This document shows positions 10,215 to 20,224 of a stretch of DNA of 42,647 nucleotides, one piece after another. Numbering within the stretch: position 1 is the first letter of the stretch; each line of letters begins with the position of its first letter. The translations under genes were made by a program, and so were the position numbers. The notes beneath the pieces were generated by a model. It saw only the letters and a program-made list of their open reading frames with translations. It had not been told where the DNA came from and did not search any database. The stretch is from Castellaniella sp. (GTDB taxonomy: Bacteria > Pseudomonadota > Gammaproteobacteria > Burkholderiales > Burkholderiaceae_B): NCBI GenBank assembly GCA_035572875.1, contig DATNAI010000108.1, forward strand, positions 1 through 42,647. Reading direction: 5' to 3'.

Positions 10215-11984
10215 TCAGTCGAACTGTCCCAACCAGTCTTCGATGGGCATCGGGCGGCCCAGCAGGTAGCCCTGAAGGGCATCGCAATGCTGGCTGCGCA
10301 GGAAGTCGGACTGGGCCGGCGTTTCCACGCCCTCGGCCACGGTGCGAAGGCCAAGCTGTCGCGCCATGGTCAGGGCCATCTGTACGATGGCGGCGGCGTC
10401 CTGGTCATAAGGCAGATCCTGCACCAGACTTTTGTCGATCTTGAGCTCGAATAGCGGCAGGCGTTTCAGGCAGGCCAGATTCGAGTAGCCGGTGCCGAAG
10501 TCGTCCACGGAGAACCGCACGCCCAGTTCGCGGATCTCTGCCATGCACTTGGCGGCGGCGCCGTAGTCTCCCAGCCACGTCCCTTCGGTGACTTCCAGAA
10601 TCAGCATCTGGCTGGGCGCGCCGGACGCTTCCAGCACATGCCGCACGCGACCCGGAAAGTCATGCTCGAGCAGGCAGCGGGGGCTGATGTTGACGGAAAT
10701 CAGGTAATTGAGCCCGCGCGCCGACAGCGTCTTCAGGGCTTCGCAGGCCCGGGCCATGCCCCAGTCGGTGATCTGTCCGAGCAGGCCCATCTTGTCGGCC
10801 AGGGGGATGAACACGTCGGGCGGAATCGTCCCGTGCGTGGGGTGATGCCAGCGGGCCAGCAGCTCCGCGCCGACGACTTTCCCGTCGCAGGAATGCTGAG
10901 GCTGGGCGTACACCCGCAGTTGCGGCGTCCCCAGCGCGCGCACCAGATCCTGTTCCAGCCACAGGCGTTGCTCCAGGTCGTGTTGCAACGCCTGCTCGTA
11001 GAAGGTCATCCGGTTGCCGCCCTGCGCCTTGGCCTGGTGCATGGCGATGTCCGCCTCCCGCATCGCCGCGTGAGCCGACCCTGTGCCCGCGTTCAGCATC
11101 GTCATGCCGGCCGACACCTTGAGCGTGAAGGGACTCTGACCGATGGCCAGCGGGGCGTCGCTCAGCGCCGCCATGACGGTTCGCGCCAGTTCGGTTGCCT
11201 GTCCGGCGCTTTCGTCGGCATGGTTGCCCAGCTGTGTCAGCAAGACGGCGAAGACATCGCCATTGATGCGTGAGACGGTGTCGCGCGCGCGGGTGCCACT
11301 GATCAGGCGCTGGGCGACATCCCGCAGCACCTGATCGCCCCGGTCGAAACCCTGGCTGTCGTTGACTTTCTTGAAGTCGTCCAGGTCCAGTATCAGGAGC
11401 GCGCCGTTTTCGCCCTCGTCGCGGGCCAATTGAACGACCTGGGTCAGGCGGCGTATCAGAAAGCGGGCGTTGGGCAGATCCGTGAGCGCGTCGTAGAACG
11501 TCAGCTTGTGGGCGCGAGCCTCGGCCTCGATGCGGTCTGTCACGTCGGTCATGATCGTGCAGATGGACTCGATCCGGTCCTTTGTATCGCGCAGCGGTAC
11601 CTTCACGATCTGGTAGGTGCGGATCTTGCCCGTTGCGAGCGAAGAAATGCGTTTCTGCGTGGTGACGCGCTGTCCCGATTCCAGCACCTGCTGTTCGTCG
11701 CGTTCGACGGCCGCGATGATGTTGTCTTCGGTCAGCAGCTCGCGGTTGTGGCGCATGACGAGTGCGCTGGCCGGCAGGCCGAAGAACTCGCAGGTCTTGG
11801 GGTTGGCGTATTGGTAGCGGCCTTCGCGGTCCTTGATGTGGATCAGCTCGCCGGTGGTGTCCAGAATGGTGCTGAGCCGGCTTTCGCTTCGAGCAACCCG
11901 ACGGCGGTAGGTGCGCTCACGGTGCCAGGCGTAGAACGCCAGAAACACCAGAGCCAGGAGTGTGATGATCAGTGCGCCGAGCAT
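10215..11984 (-). CDS. TM-PAS-GGDEF(degenerate)-EAL c-di-GMP phosphodiesterase
   Basis: N-terminal TM, PAS/PAC, YDALTDLPN, DLDDFKKVND, RINGDVF; then AELLARW, DDFGTGYS, LKIDKS, VAEGVET. Confidence 0.9.
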   Translation of the reverse strand: MLGALIITLLALVFLAFYAWHRERTYRRRVARSESRLSTILDTTGELIHIKDREGRYQYANPKTCEFFGLPASALVMRHNRELLTEDNIIAAVERDEQQVLESGQRVTTQKRISSLATGKIRTYQIVKVPLRDTKDRIESICTIMTDVTDRIEAEARAHKLTFYDALTDLPNARFLIRRLTQVVQLARDEGENGALLILDLDDFKKVNDSQGFDRGDQVLRDVAQRLISGTRARDTVSRINGDVFAVLLTQLGNHADESAGQATELARTVMAALSDAPLAIGQSPFTLKVSAGMTMLNAGTGSAHAAMREADIAMHQAKAQGGNRMTFYEQALQHDLEQRLWLEQDLVRALGTPQLRVYAQPQHSCDGKVVGAELLARWHHPTHGTIPPDVFIPLADKMGLLGQITDWGMARACEALKTLSARGLNYLISVNISPRCLLEHDFPGRVRHVLEASGAPSQMLILEVTEGTWLGDYGAAAKCMAEIRELGVRFSVDDFGTGYSNLACLKRLPLFELKIDKSLVQDLPYDQDAAAIVQMALTMARQLGLRTVAEGVETPAQSDFLRSQHCDALQGYLLGRPMPIEDWLGQFD

Positions 11985-12156
11985 GGCCTGTCAGGTGGTG
12001 AGCCGGAACCGCGCCGACCGTTGGCGAGAGACCAACGGCCGGCACCCTGCGCGTCTGTCACACGATCGGCTGCAGGGGGCGCCAGCCCCGCGCCGCTGGC
12101 GGAGATTACGAATGTGCAATCTCGGACCGTTCGGAATGGATCTTACCTGAATTGCC

Positions 12157-13959
12157 TCAGAACTCGGTCCATTCCTCATTGTCGTCGGGCGCGGGGCGGT
12201 TCGGCGCGCGCAGGGCGGGCTTGGCGATGGCATGGGCGCGGGGCGCGGGCTCGGCCCGGCGTGGGCGCTGCGGTGCGGGGCTGATGACCTTTTCGGGGGC
12301 CGCGGGCAGCCGGGGGGGCTGTTGGACTCCATCCGCCGTGGGGATGCCCTTGCCCGGCTTTGCACCGGCGCCGGCTTTGCCGTCGGCCGCGCTGGGCGCT
12401 GTGTCGGCCTGCGCGGCACCGCTGTGGTCGAGGCGGAAAGTCTCGACCAGTCGCGCCAGCGTGTCGGCCTGTTCCTGCAGGCTGCTGGCCGCGGCGGCCG
12501 ACTCTTCCACCAGGCTGGCGTTCTGGCGGGTGACATCGTCCATCTGCGTGACGGCGGTGTTGATTTCCTCGATGCCGGTGGTCTGCTCCCGGTTGGCCGC
12601 GCTGATCTCGCCCATGATGTCGGTGACGCGGTTGATGCCGTCCACGATGTCCTGCATGGTCGACCCTGCGTGGCTTGCCTGCTCGTTCCCCTTTGATGTG
12701 GATGCCACCGAAGCGTCGATGAGCGTCTTGATTTCCTTGGCTGCGGCGGCGCTGCGCTGGGCCAGCGCGCGCACTTCCGAGGCCACCACGGCAAAGCCCC
12801 GGCCTTGCTCGCCCGCACGGGCGGCTTCCACGGCGGCGTTCAGTGCCAGGATGTTGGTCTGGAAGGCGATGGAGTCGATGACGCTGATGATGTCGGCGAC
12901 CTGTTGCGATTTCTGGTTGATCTCGCCCATGGTGGTGACGAGTTCGGCCACGATGGCGCCGCCGTCGGTGGCCGTCTTGGCGGCGGTCGCCGCCAGCGTG
13001 TTGGCCTGCTGGACGTTGTCGGCGTTCTGGCGCACCGTGGCGGTGATTTGCTCCATGGTGGCGGCAGTCTGCGCCAGCGAGCTCGCCTGTTGTTCGGTCC
13101 GCGAGGACAGGTCAAGGTTGCCGCTGGTGATCTGTGCCGCTGCCGATGCGATCGACGTAGCCCCGGAGCGCACCTCGCTCACGGTAGTGCGCAGGCTGCG
13201 CGTCATGGCCTGCAGCGCCTGCAGGAGCTTGCCGATTTCGTCCTGGCTCTTGGCGTGGACCTCCTGGGTCAGATCCCGCTGTGAAATCGACTCGGCGACC
13301 TTCACGGCCCGCGACAGCGGGTGCGTGACCCCGCGCGTGGTACGCCAGGCAAACAGGGGCCCCAGGATGAGCGCGAGCAGCGTGGCAATGGCCAGCAGCG
13401 TCAGCCCCAACTGGTTGGCGTGGTGGCTTTCGGCAAACAGCCTGCCCACGTAGTCATCCTGGAATGCGGACAGCTTGTCGATCTGGGCGATGTATTCGGC
13501 CGTGATCTTCGGCATTTGCTGGTTGAAGAAGGTGTCGGCCTTGCTGTAGTCGCCGTTGTCCAGATCCTTGAATGCCTGTGCGCGTCCCTTGCGGTAGGTA
13601 TCGCGGACCTGGATGATTTTCTGGTACAGGCTTTTGGCTTCGGGAAGCGACATCGCTTCGCCGATCTTCTGGCCGATTTCGTCGGCTTGCTTGTCCGAGG
13701 CGGCCATGCCTTTCTTGAACACGACCAGCACGTCGGGGTTGGTCAGATTGGCGGCGGCCAGCGCCTGGTTGGCGTTCACGTCGACCGCTCGGGCCCACTG
13801 GAAGACCAGGGCGTTGATTCGCTGGCGGCCATCCAGCACCTGATTGGCCTGCTGCGTGTCGAGTATGCGCCAGGCGCCCATCCCCGCGAGGACGAGCAGC
13901 AGAACGATGATGAGACCAAAGCCCAGCGCGAGCCGGGTACCGATTTTGAGGTTGCGCAT
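12157..13959 (-). CDS. Methyl-accepting chemotaxis protein (4-helix-bundle sensor, HAMP, signalling domain)
   Basis: Two TMs, [43 protein letters not shown]-terminal EEWTEF pentapeptide tether. Confidence 0.96.
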   Translation of the reverse strand: MRNLKIGTRLALGFGLIIVLLLVLAGMGAWRILDTQQANQVLDGRQRINALVFQWARAVDVNANQALAAANLTNPDVLVVFKKGMAASDKQADEIGQKIGEAMSLPEAKSLYQKIIQVRDTYRKGRAQAFKDLDNGDYSKADTFFNQQMPKITAEYIAQIDKLSAFQDDYVGRLFAESHHANQLGLTLLAIATLLALILGPLFAWRTTRGVTHPLSRAVKVAESISQRDLTQEVHAKSQDEIGKLLQALQAMTRSLRTTVSEVRSGATSIASAAAQITSGNLDLSSRTEQQASSLAQTAATMEQITATVRQNADNVQQANTLAATAAKTATDGGAIVAELVTTMGEINQKSQQVADIISVIDSIAFQTNILALNAAVEAARAGEQGRGFAVVASEVRALAQRSAAAAKEIKTLIDASVASTSKGNEQASHAGSTMQDIVDGINRVTDIMGEISAANREQTTGIEEINTAVTQMDDVTRQNASLVEESAAAASSLQEQADTLARLVETFRLDHSGAAQADTAPSAADGKAGAGAKPGKGIPTADGVQQPPRLPAAPEKVISPAPQRPRRAEPAPRAHAIAKPALRAPNRPAPDDNEEWTEF

Positions 13960-14177
13960 GTTGCCCTCTGGGTGGCTGAAGTCGTCGAATCCGCGCAGCC
14001 AGCCCTTCCCGGGCCGATCTGTGCAGTCGGTTGTTTCCGATTGTACGAAGCCGGCGAAATTTCAAAGCGTGCAACAGGCCCCGGGTGCCGCCCCAGTTCG
14101 TCGTGAAAAATGAGGTTCGATGGAGGCCGCGGTGCGCGTCCAGCCTGCATGGCGGCCGTTCGCGCGGCGGCCGCGCG

Positions 14178-15212
14178 TCAGATCGAGGCTGGACTGTCCG
14201 TCGCGTAGCCGTTCGGGTTTTCCGACTGCCAGCGCCAGGCGTCGGCCATCATCTGCGCCAGGCCTCGGCTGGCCTGCCAACCCAGCTCACGTCGCGCTTT
14301 GCTGGCGTCGGCCCAGCATTCCGCGATGTCGCCTGCGCGCCGGTCCGTGATGGTGTAGGGGATGCGGCGGCCGGATGCGGCCTCGAAGGCACGGACCATG
14401 TCCAGTACCGAGTAACCGGTGCCGGTCCCAAGGTTCCAGGTGTGAACGCCTGTGTGTTCGGCCAGATAGTCCAATGCCGCCAGATGGCCCTGGGCCAGGT
14501 CGACGACATGGAGGTAGTCCCGGACCCCGGTGCCGTCCGGGGTGGGGAAGTCGCCGCCGAAGACCGAAAGCTGCTTCAGCCGCCCGACGGCGACTTGCGT
14601 GATGTAGGGCAGCAGATTGTTGGGGATGCCGTGCGGATCTTCGCCGATGCGCCCGCTGGCGTGGGCGCCGACCGGATTGAAATAGCGTAGCAGTGCGATC
14701 GACCAGCGCGGATCGGACCGGCCAAGATCCTGCAGAATCTGTTCCACCATGAGCTTCGAGCGCCCATAGGGGTTGGCGGGGATGCCGGTCGGGCAGCTTT
14801 CATCGACGGGCATCGTGGCCGGGTCCCCGTAGACAGTGGCCGACGAGCTGAAGACGAGGCGGCGTACGCCCGCCGCCGCCATGGCCTCGCACAGCACGAT
14901 GCTGCCGCTGACGTTATTGTCGAAGTACCGCAGCGGCTCGGCGACGCTTTCACCTACGGCCTTCAGGCCTGCGAAATGCACCACGCCGGCGACGGCGGTG
15001 TCGGTGAAGATGCGGTCCAGCAGTGTGCGGTCGCGGACGTCACCCTGGATGAAGCCTGGCTCGCGGCCCGTGAGCGCCGTGACTCGTCGCAGGGATTCGC
15101 GGGAACTGTTGCTGAGATTGTCGAGCACCAGAACGTCCTGGCCGGCGGCCAGGAGTTCCAGTACGGTATGGGAGCCGATATAGCCGGCTCCGCCGGTCAC
15201 CAGTAGTGTCAT
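14178..15212 (-). CDS. galE: UDP-glucose 4-epimerase
   Basis: [53 protein letters not shown]. Confidence 0.96.
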   Translation of the reverse strand: MTLLVTGGAGYIGSHTVLELLAAGQDVLVLDNLSNSSRESLRRVTALTGREPGFIQGDVRDRTLLDRIFTDTAVAGVVHFAGLKAVGESVAEPLRYFDNNVSGSIVLCEAMAAAGVRRLVFSSSATVYGDPATMPVDESCPTGIPANPYGRSKLMVEQILQDLGRSDPRWSIALLRYFNPVGAHASGRIGEDPHGIPNNLLPYITQVAVGRLKQLSVFGGDFPTPDGTGVRDYLHVVDLAQGHLAALDYLAEHTGVHTWNLGTGTGYSVLDMVRAFEAASGRRIPYTITDRRAGDIAECWADASKARRELGWQASRGLAQMMADAWRWQSENPNGYATDSPASI

Positions 15213-15300
15213 GAGTCAGACAGAGGCATCGTTCGAGCCATGCATGCTATCAGATGGCTGCGGGGGACGCGGTGCGCCACCGGCTCGAGGGACACTGACA

Positions 15301-15609
15301 CTAGGCCTTGGGCGTGTAGGCGCTGCACCAGCCCTTCTCGGCCACGTCCTGGCCCGAGAAGATCGGACAGGGCCCCCAGGGGTCGCCCGGTTTGCCTTGG
15401 TAGAGCTTGCAGGTGGCACAGTGTTCACCTGGCTTGAACTTCGGTTGGGCCTTGGCATCCACCTGGGATGCATCGTGTTTGTAGCCAAGCTGCTTGGCCA
15501 GTGCGCTGTTTTCGTCGACGTGCTGGGCGGCCGTCGCCTGGCGCGAAAGCGCCAGGGCGGAGACCACGCCCGCACTGGAAATCAGGAAACTGCGTCTTGT
15601 TGTCGACAT
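15301..15609 (-). CDS. High-potential iron-sulfur protein (HiPIP), Tat-exported
   Basis: Twin-arginine TRRSFL signal; AKQLGY, CATCKLY, CPIF and GWCSAY give the four-Cys HiPIP pattern. Confidence 0.9.
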   Translation of the reverse strand: MSTTRRSFLISSAGVVSALALSRQATAAQHVDENSALAKQLGYKHDASQVDAKAQPKFKPGEHCATCKLYQGKPGDPWGPCPIFSGQDVAEKGWCSAYTPKA

Positions 15610-15729
15610 GCGAACTCCTTGACAAAGAACCCTCGCGGCCTGAACAGGCTTTTTGGCCTTCATTATTCGCCTCGCGGCCCCTGCTGACAAGCCGGCCTCC
15701 GCCAACAGCCCCCATGCCGAACCTTTTCT

Positions 15730-16386
15730 CTAGCGGGCCGTCAACCGGTAGACGCCGGTTTCCAGGCGAGTCAGCCCACGTGCGGCAAAGTTCGGTTCCT
15801 GGTCCAGGATGTCGCGGGTCTCCAGCGGTTCGATGTGCCAGCGATCCCCGAACCGCATGGTCACTTCGGTGTCGGGGACCGAGAAGGGCGGCCCTTGCAT
15901 TTCCTGCTGCGGATAGTCGAGCGTCAGCAGCAGCGTCCGGCAGCCTTCCGGCAGGCGATGGTAGACGCGTTCGACGTAGCGTTGGCGCAGCTCGGGCGGC
16001 AACGCGATCAGGGCGGCGCGGTCGTAGCACCCCTCTATGGTGGCCAGCGTGGCGGCGGAGAGCTTCAGGACGTCTCCGCACAGATACTGGATGTGGCCGG
16101 CCTGGTAAATCGTCCCTTCGGGTGTCTGGCGGGTCTCCGGATGCAAATCGTGCTCGCGAAAGAACTGATCGACGGCCAGCGGTGAAATCTCCACGGCCAG
16201 CACCTCGTGGCCCTGCGCGGCGAGCCACGCCACGTCGAGCGATTTGCCGGCAAGGGGGACCAGTACGCGGCCCGGCACGGGGACGCGCAGGCCGCTCCAG
16301 TGCTTTTGCAGTAGCGGCATCACACGTGACTGGTGAAAGCCGATCTGGCCCTGCTGCCAGCGTTGCAGCCAGAAATCTGTATCCAT
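15730..16386 (-). CDS. tpm: Thiopurine S-methyltransferase
   Basis: MDTDFWLQRWQQGQIGFH, VLVPLAGKSLD, YDRAALIALP, GPPFSV. Confidence 0.93.
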   Translation of the reverse strand: MDTDFWLQRWQQGQIGFHQSRVMPLLQKHWSGLRVPVPGRVLVPLAGKSLDVAWLAAQGHEVLAVEISPLAVDQFFREHDLHPETRQTPEGTIYQAGHIQYLCGDVLKLSAATLATIEGCYDRAALIALPPELRQRYVERVYHRLPEGCRTLLLTLDYPQQEMQGPPFSVPDTEVTMRFGDRWHIEPLETRDILDQEPNFAARGLTRLETGVYRLTAR

Positions 16387-16597
16387 GGGTTTGGCTCCTG
16401 ACGAGTGTATCGTCCAAGTGTCGCAGAAATTGGCCGGCATGCGGCCCGTGGCGCGGGATGCGTCCCCCCGGGGAGGCAGCCGGGCGGCGCCCGGGAACCG
16501 TGGCATGCCGATACAGGACCATACATCGCGAAACTTGCCAGGGGCTGGTGTGATGCGGATCATGAAACGGTCTTTTCAACTGCTACAGGAGCCGGAT

Positions 16598-16969
16598 ATG
16601 AATCAGGCGATGAAAGCATTCCTGGCCGCATCCGCAATCGCCCTCGGACTGACAGCGCCTCTGGCGTTCGAGCGCACGGCGGATGCGCAGGCCGCCTACG
16701 AGAGGGTCGGCCAGCCCACTGACGAGCAGCTTCAGCGTTATGCCACGGCCGTGCGTGAAGTCAGCGCGGTGGCAGCCGAATACCAGCCCAGGCTGGAGGC
16801 GGCTCAGGGCAATCAAGCCAAACAGGCGGTACGCGTCGAGGCGGATCAGCGTATGGTTGAACGGGTCCAGGCGCGCGGCATGAGCGTCGCGGAATATAAC
16901 GGCATCAGCGAGGCCGTGCGGGCGGATCCCGCCTTGCGCGCGAAGGTCGAGCGCCTCGTCGGGCAGTAG
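16598..16969 (+). CDS. Exported small helical protein, DUF4168-like
   Basis: AGGAG SD, signal peptide, TDEQLQRYA...GMSVAEYNGI...DPALRAKV pattern. Confidence 0.7.
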   Translation: MNQAMKAFLAASAIALGLTAPLAFERTADAQAAYERVGQPTDEQLQRYATAVREVSAVAAEYQPRLEAAQGNQAKQAVRVEADQRMVERVQARGMSVAEYNGISEAVRADPALRAKVERLVGQ

Positions 16970-17069
16970 AGCCGGTGAGGCGCCCGTCATCAGCCGGGCA
17001 CCGGTATGGCTGCCGTCACGGTGTGCCGGGGGGGCTCCGAGGGCTTTCGGGGAAGCCCGCCGCCAGCCG

Positions 17070-17103
17070 ATATGTTGCAAATATATTTACCGGATATTAG
17101 ACT
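17070..17103 (+). promoter_or_regulatory. Sigma70 promoter TTGCAA-N17-TAGACT with overlapping ATATG-N7-TATAT operator
   Basis: -35 at 17075-17080, -10 at 17098-17103. The pseudo-palindrome at 17070-17086 recurs at 22470-22486. Confidence 0.65.
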
Positions 17104-17137
17104 GGGGTCTTCGCTCTGCAACCGAGTAGGAAATCTC

Positions 17138-18013
17138 ATGAACGTCGAAGGAATCCTGGTCCCCATCGTGACGCCCTTTGCGGCCGATGGCAGTGTCAAT
17201 CTGGCCGCTCTGCGCCAACTGGTGGAACATTTCGTCCGGGCCGGGGTGGGCGGCATCGTGGCCTGCGGCACCACGGGCGAATACTACACGCTCAATGAGT
17301 CCGAGCGCGAACAAGTGCTGCGCACTGTGATCGAAACGGTGGGTGGGCGCATCACCACAGTGGCTGGCATCAACGCCCTGTCCACGGACGACAGCATTCG
17401 TCATGCCGCACAGGCCCGCGAACTCGGCTATGACGGATTGCTGTGCACGGCCCCGCCTTACAGCCTGGCCAGCCAGGACGGCATTCTGCTGCATTTTCGC
17501 AAGCTCGCGAAGGCCACGCCGCTGCCCATCATTCTGTACGACTTTCCGCAGCGCGTGGGGGTGCAGATCGCCGAGGAAACGGTGCATGAACTGGCGAAGG
17601 TCCCCAACATCGTCGGCGTGAAGGAAAGCAGCGGCAACTTCAATCGGGCGCTGTCGCTCATCCAGGCGCGCATTCCGGACTTCCACATCATCTGCGGCGC
17701 CGACGATACGGCGGCCGATTTCCTGTTCTGGGGCGTGCGAAGCTGGATCAGTGGCGGGGCCAACGTCTTTCCGGCCGAGCAGGTGGCGATGGTGAAGGCG
17801 GCCATCGCGGGGCGCTGGGACGAGGTTCGTTCACTCATGACCGGCATGTACCCGGTCATCCAGGCCATGGAGTCGGGCGACTACAACCAGAAGGCCAAGC
17901 TGGGTTGCCTGCGCCACGGTGTGGATGCGGGTACCGTACGCGTGCCGCTGGCACCGCTGTCGGGTGCCGACCAGCAGGCCTTCCGGGCCATGCTCGACGC
18001 CTACGGGCGCTGA
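17138..18013 (+). CDS. DapA/NAL-family protein, probably delta1-pyrroline-4-hydroxy-2-carboxylate deaminase
   Basis: GTTGE, ILYDFP and VGVKESSG (Schiff-base Lys). Specific function inferred from clustering with the hydroxyproline epimerase. Confidence 0.8.
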   Translation: MNVEGILVPIVTPFAADGSVNLAALRQLVEHFVRAGVGGIVACGTTGEYYTLNESEREQVLRTVIETVGGRITTVAGINALSTDDSIRHAAQARELGYDGLLCTAPPYSLASQDGILLHFRKLAKATPLPIILYDFPQRVGVQIAEETVHELAKVPNIVGVKESSGNFNRALSLIQARIPDFHIICGADDTAADFLFWGVRSWISGGANVFPAEQVAMVKAAIAGRWDEVRSLMTGMYPVIQAMESGDYNQKAKLGCLRHGVDAGTVRVPLAPLSGADQQAFRAMLDAYGR

Positions 18014-18025
18014 AGGAGCGACATC

Positions 18026-19507
18026 ATGCCATTGACCAAAGAGCAGGTTTTCGAGCACGCCCGGCTGGGCCAGTTGTGGGCCGGGCACCTGATTCCGGGC
18101 CACGACGTGCCGGGAACCGAATTGAACAACACCACACCGATCGACAACAGCGTGATCGGTGCCATCGAGAATGGCACGGCCCGCGATGTGGATCTGGCCG
18201 TGCGCGTGGCCCGTGCGACTTTCAAGTCCGGGGAGTGGTCGGCGCTCGCGCCCGCCGAACGCAAGCGCGTGATGCTCGCATGGGCGGACCTCATGCAGGC
18301 CCACATCGAGGAACTGGCGGCGCTGGACTGCGTAGACGCGGGCAAGCCGATTTCCGAATGTCTGAATACCGACCTGCCGGCCACGCTGGAGACCTTCCGC
18401 TGGTACGCCGAGGCGATCGACAAATGCTTTGGCCGGGTGGCGCCGACTGGGCCTCAGGCCATGGGTCTGATCGTGAAGGAGCCCATTGGCGTGGTGGGCA
18501 CCGTGCTGCCGTGGAACTTTCCTGCGCAGATGTACGCCTGGAAAGTCGCACCCGCGCTGGCGGCCGGCAACTCCGTCATCGTCAAGCCCGCGGAACTGAC
18601 CTCGTTGAGTGCATACCGCATGACGCAACTCGCCCACCAGGCAGGCATCCCGGCCGGCGCGCTGACGCTGGTCACGGGGTTGGGAGAAGAGGTCGGCGAG
18701 GCCCTAGGCCGGCACATGGACGTGGACGTGGTGTCTTTCACCGGTTCGACCGAGGTCGGGCGCTACTTCCTGAAGTATTCCGCCGAGAGCAACCTGAAGG
18801 AGATCGTGCTGGAGTGTGGCGGCAAGAGCCCGCAGGTGATCTTCGACGATGCGGACCTGGACGGCGCGGTGGACCACGTGCTGGCCGCTGCGTTCTGGAA
18901 CATGGGCGAGAACTGCAGTTGCGGCTCGCGCCTGATCGTCCAGTCCGGCGTCAAGGATGCGCTGCTTGCGCGCCTGCGCGAACGCCTGGCGCAGTGGAAG
19001 GTCGGCCTGCCGACCGATGAGTCCGTGCAGATCGGACCCATGGTGGAGCAGGTGCATTTCGAAAAGGTTCGCACTTTCCTGCAGGGCGCGGAGGCCGAAG
19101 GCGCCCGTCTCGTGCATGGTGGTCGGATCCATGCCGATCTGGGCAGTGGCTGGTATGTGGAACCCACCATCTTCGACCATGTGTCGGCGGATTCCAGGCT
19201 GTTCCAGGAAGAGGTCTTCGGGCCCATTCTGGCGGTGACCCCGTTCGAGACCGAAGAACAGGCGATCGAGCTGGCCAACGACAGCCACTACGGCCTGGCG
19301 GCCTCGCTCTACACGACCGATGTGCGCCGCGCCCAGCGGGTGGCCCGGGCGATCCAGGCCGGGACTGTCTCCATCAACGGCTTCTCCGAGGGTGACATCA
19401 CCACCCCGTTTGGCGGCTACAAGCAATCCGGTTTCGGCGGCCGCGACAATGGACTGGAAGCGCTGGATCAGTACCAGCAGATCAAGACCATCTGGTACGT
19501 GAATTGA
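18026..19507 (+). CDS. NAD(P)-dependent aldehyde dehydrogenase (candidate alpha-ketoglutaric semialdehyde dehydrogenase)
   Basis: PWNFP, KPAE, FTGSTEVG, LECGGKSP, GENCSCG, EEVFGP, PFGGYKQSG. Substrate is inferred. Confidence 0.88.
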   Translation: MPLTKEQVFEHARLGQLWAGHLIPGHDVPGTELNNTTPIDNSVIGAIENGTARDVDLAVRVARATFKSGEWSALAPAERKRVMLAWADLMQAHIEELAALDCVDAGKPISECLNTDLPATLETFRWYAEAIDKCFGRVAPTGPQAMGLIVKEPIGVVGTVLPWNFPAQMYAWKVAPALAAGNSVIVKPAELTSLSAYRMTQLAHQAGIPAGALTLVTGLGEEVGEALGRHMDVDVVSFTGSTEVGRYFLKYSAESNLKEIVLECGGKSPQVIFDDADLDGAVDHVLAAAFWNMGENCSCGSRLIVQSGVKDALLARLRERLAQWKVGLPTDESVQIGPMVEQVHFEKVRTFLQGAEAEGARLVHGGRIHADLGSGWYVEPTIFDHVSADSRLFQEEVFGPILAVTPFETEEQAIELANDSHYGLAASLYTTDVRRAQRVARAIQAGTVSINGFSEGDITTPFGGYKQSGFGGRDNGLEALDQYQQIKTIWYVN

Positions 19508-19511
19508 TCCG

Positions 19512-19571
19512 CTAGTGACCCGTTTGGTTGGTTTGTGCACTTATATTCGAATTAGCCAAAAGGGACACTAG
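19512..19571 (+). other. Long imperfect hairpin between the convergent ALDH and GntR genes
   Basis: CTAGTGACCCGTTTGGTTGGTTTG pairs with CGAATTAGCCAAAAGGGACACTAG, with four G-U pairs on the plus strand. Confidence 0.6.
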
Positions 19572-20224
19572 TTCTCGATCACCGTGTGGGTGAATTCCAT
19601 CAGGTAATCCATGAGGGCATCGGCGCCGGCGATGGCCCTCTCCGGATCCTTGGCGTGGATCCCCTCGGCCTCGAGCAGATGGCAGCGAGCCCCCCGCTCC
19701 AGGTCGCCTTCGTGCTGGAAGGCATACCAGAAGCGTCGGCATTGGATGATCATGGGCACGATGGCCTGCACCGCATAGGGATTGCGGCTCGCCTCGTGGT
19801 TGACGCGGTCCAGCGCCTGGTCCGCCTGCATGTAGCCTGCAAGGTCGCCACGCTCGGCGGCGCTGACCATGTCGCGGGCATGCTGTAGGAGACTGTCGCT
19901 CTGGCTCGGGCTGGCCCTGCGCGCCGACGATCCGGCAATCAGGCGCTCCAGCACGCGGCGCGTATCGATCAGGATCAGATGCTCGGCGATGCGGATTTCG
20001 CTCACGCGCAGGCCGCGTCGTGGCTGCTGCTCGATCAGTCCGCTGGCCACCAGCCGCATCAACGCTTCCCGAATGGGGGTTCGCCCCAGGCCGGTCATCT
20101 GGATCAGGTCGCTTTCCACGATCGGCTGATTCGGTTCCAGCTTCAACGTGGCGATCATGTGCTCGATCTGGTCGTAGGCCGCTTCGGTTGCGCGGACCTT
20201 CGTGGCATGGTTGGAGACGATCAT
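19568..20224 (-). CDS. GntR-family (FCD) transcriptional regulator
   Basis: HTH with [14 protein letters not shown] and FCD-like C-terminus; ATG overlaps the epimerase stop (ATGA). Confidence 0.92.
   Translation of the reverse strand: MIVSNHATKVRATEAAYDQIEHMIATLKLEPNQPIVESDLIQMTGLGRTPIREALMRLVASGLIEQQPRRGLRVSEIRIAEHLILIDTRRVLERLIAGSSARRASPSQSDSLLQHARDMVSAAERGDLAGYMQADQALDRVNHEASRNPYAVQAIVPMIIQCRRFWYAFQHEGDLERGARCHLLEAEGIHAKDPERAIAGADALMDYLMEFTHTVIEN

Noticed and set aside
16387-16597. GC-rich inverted repeats between tpm and the DUF4168-like gene
   Set aside because: Short stems (CGGCATGC/GCATGCCG) without strand-specific G-U support or a known motif; compatible with chance.
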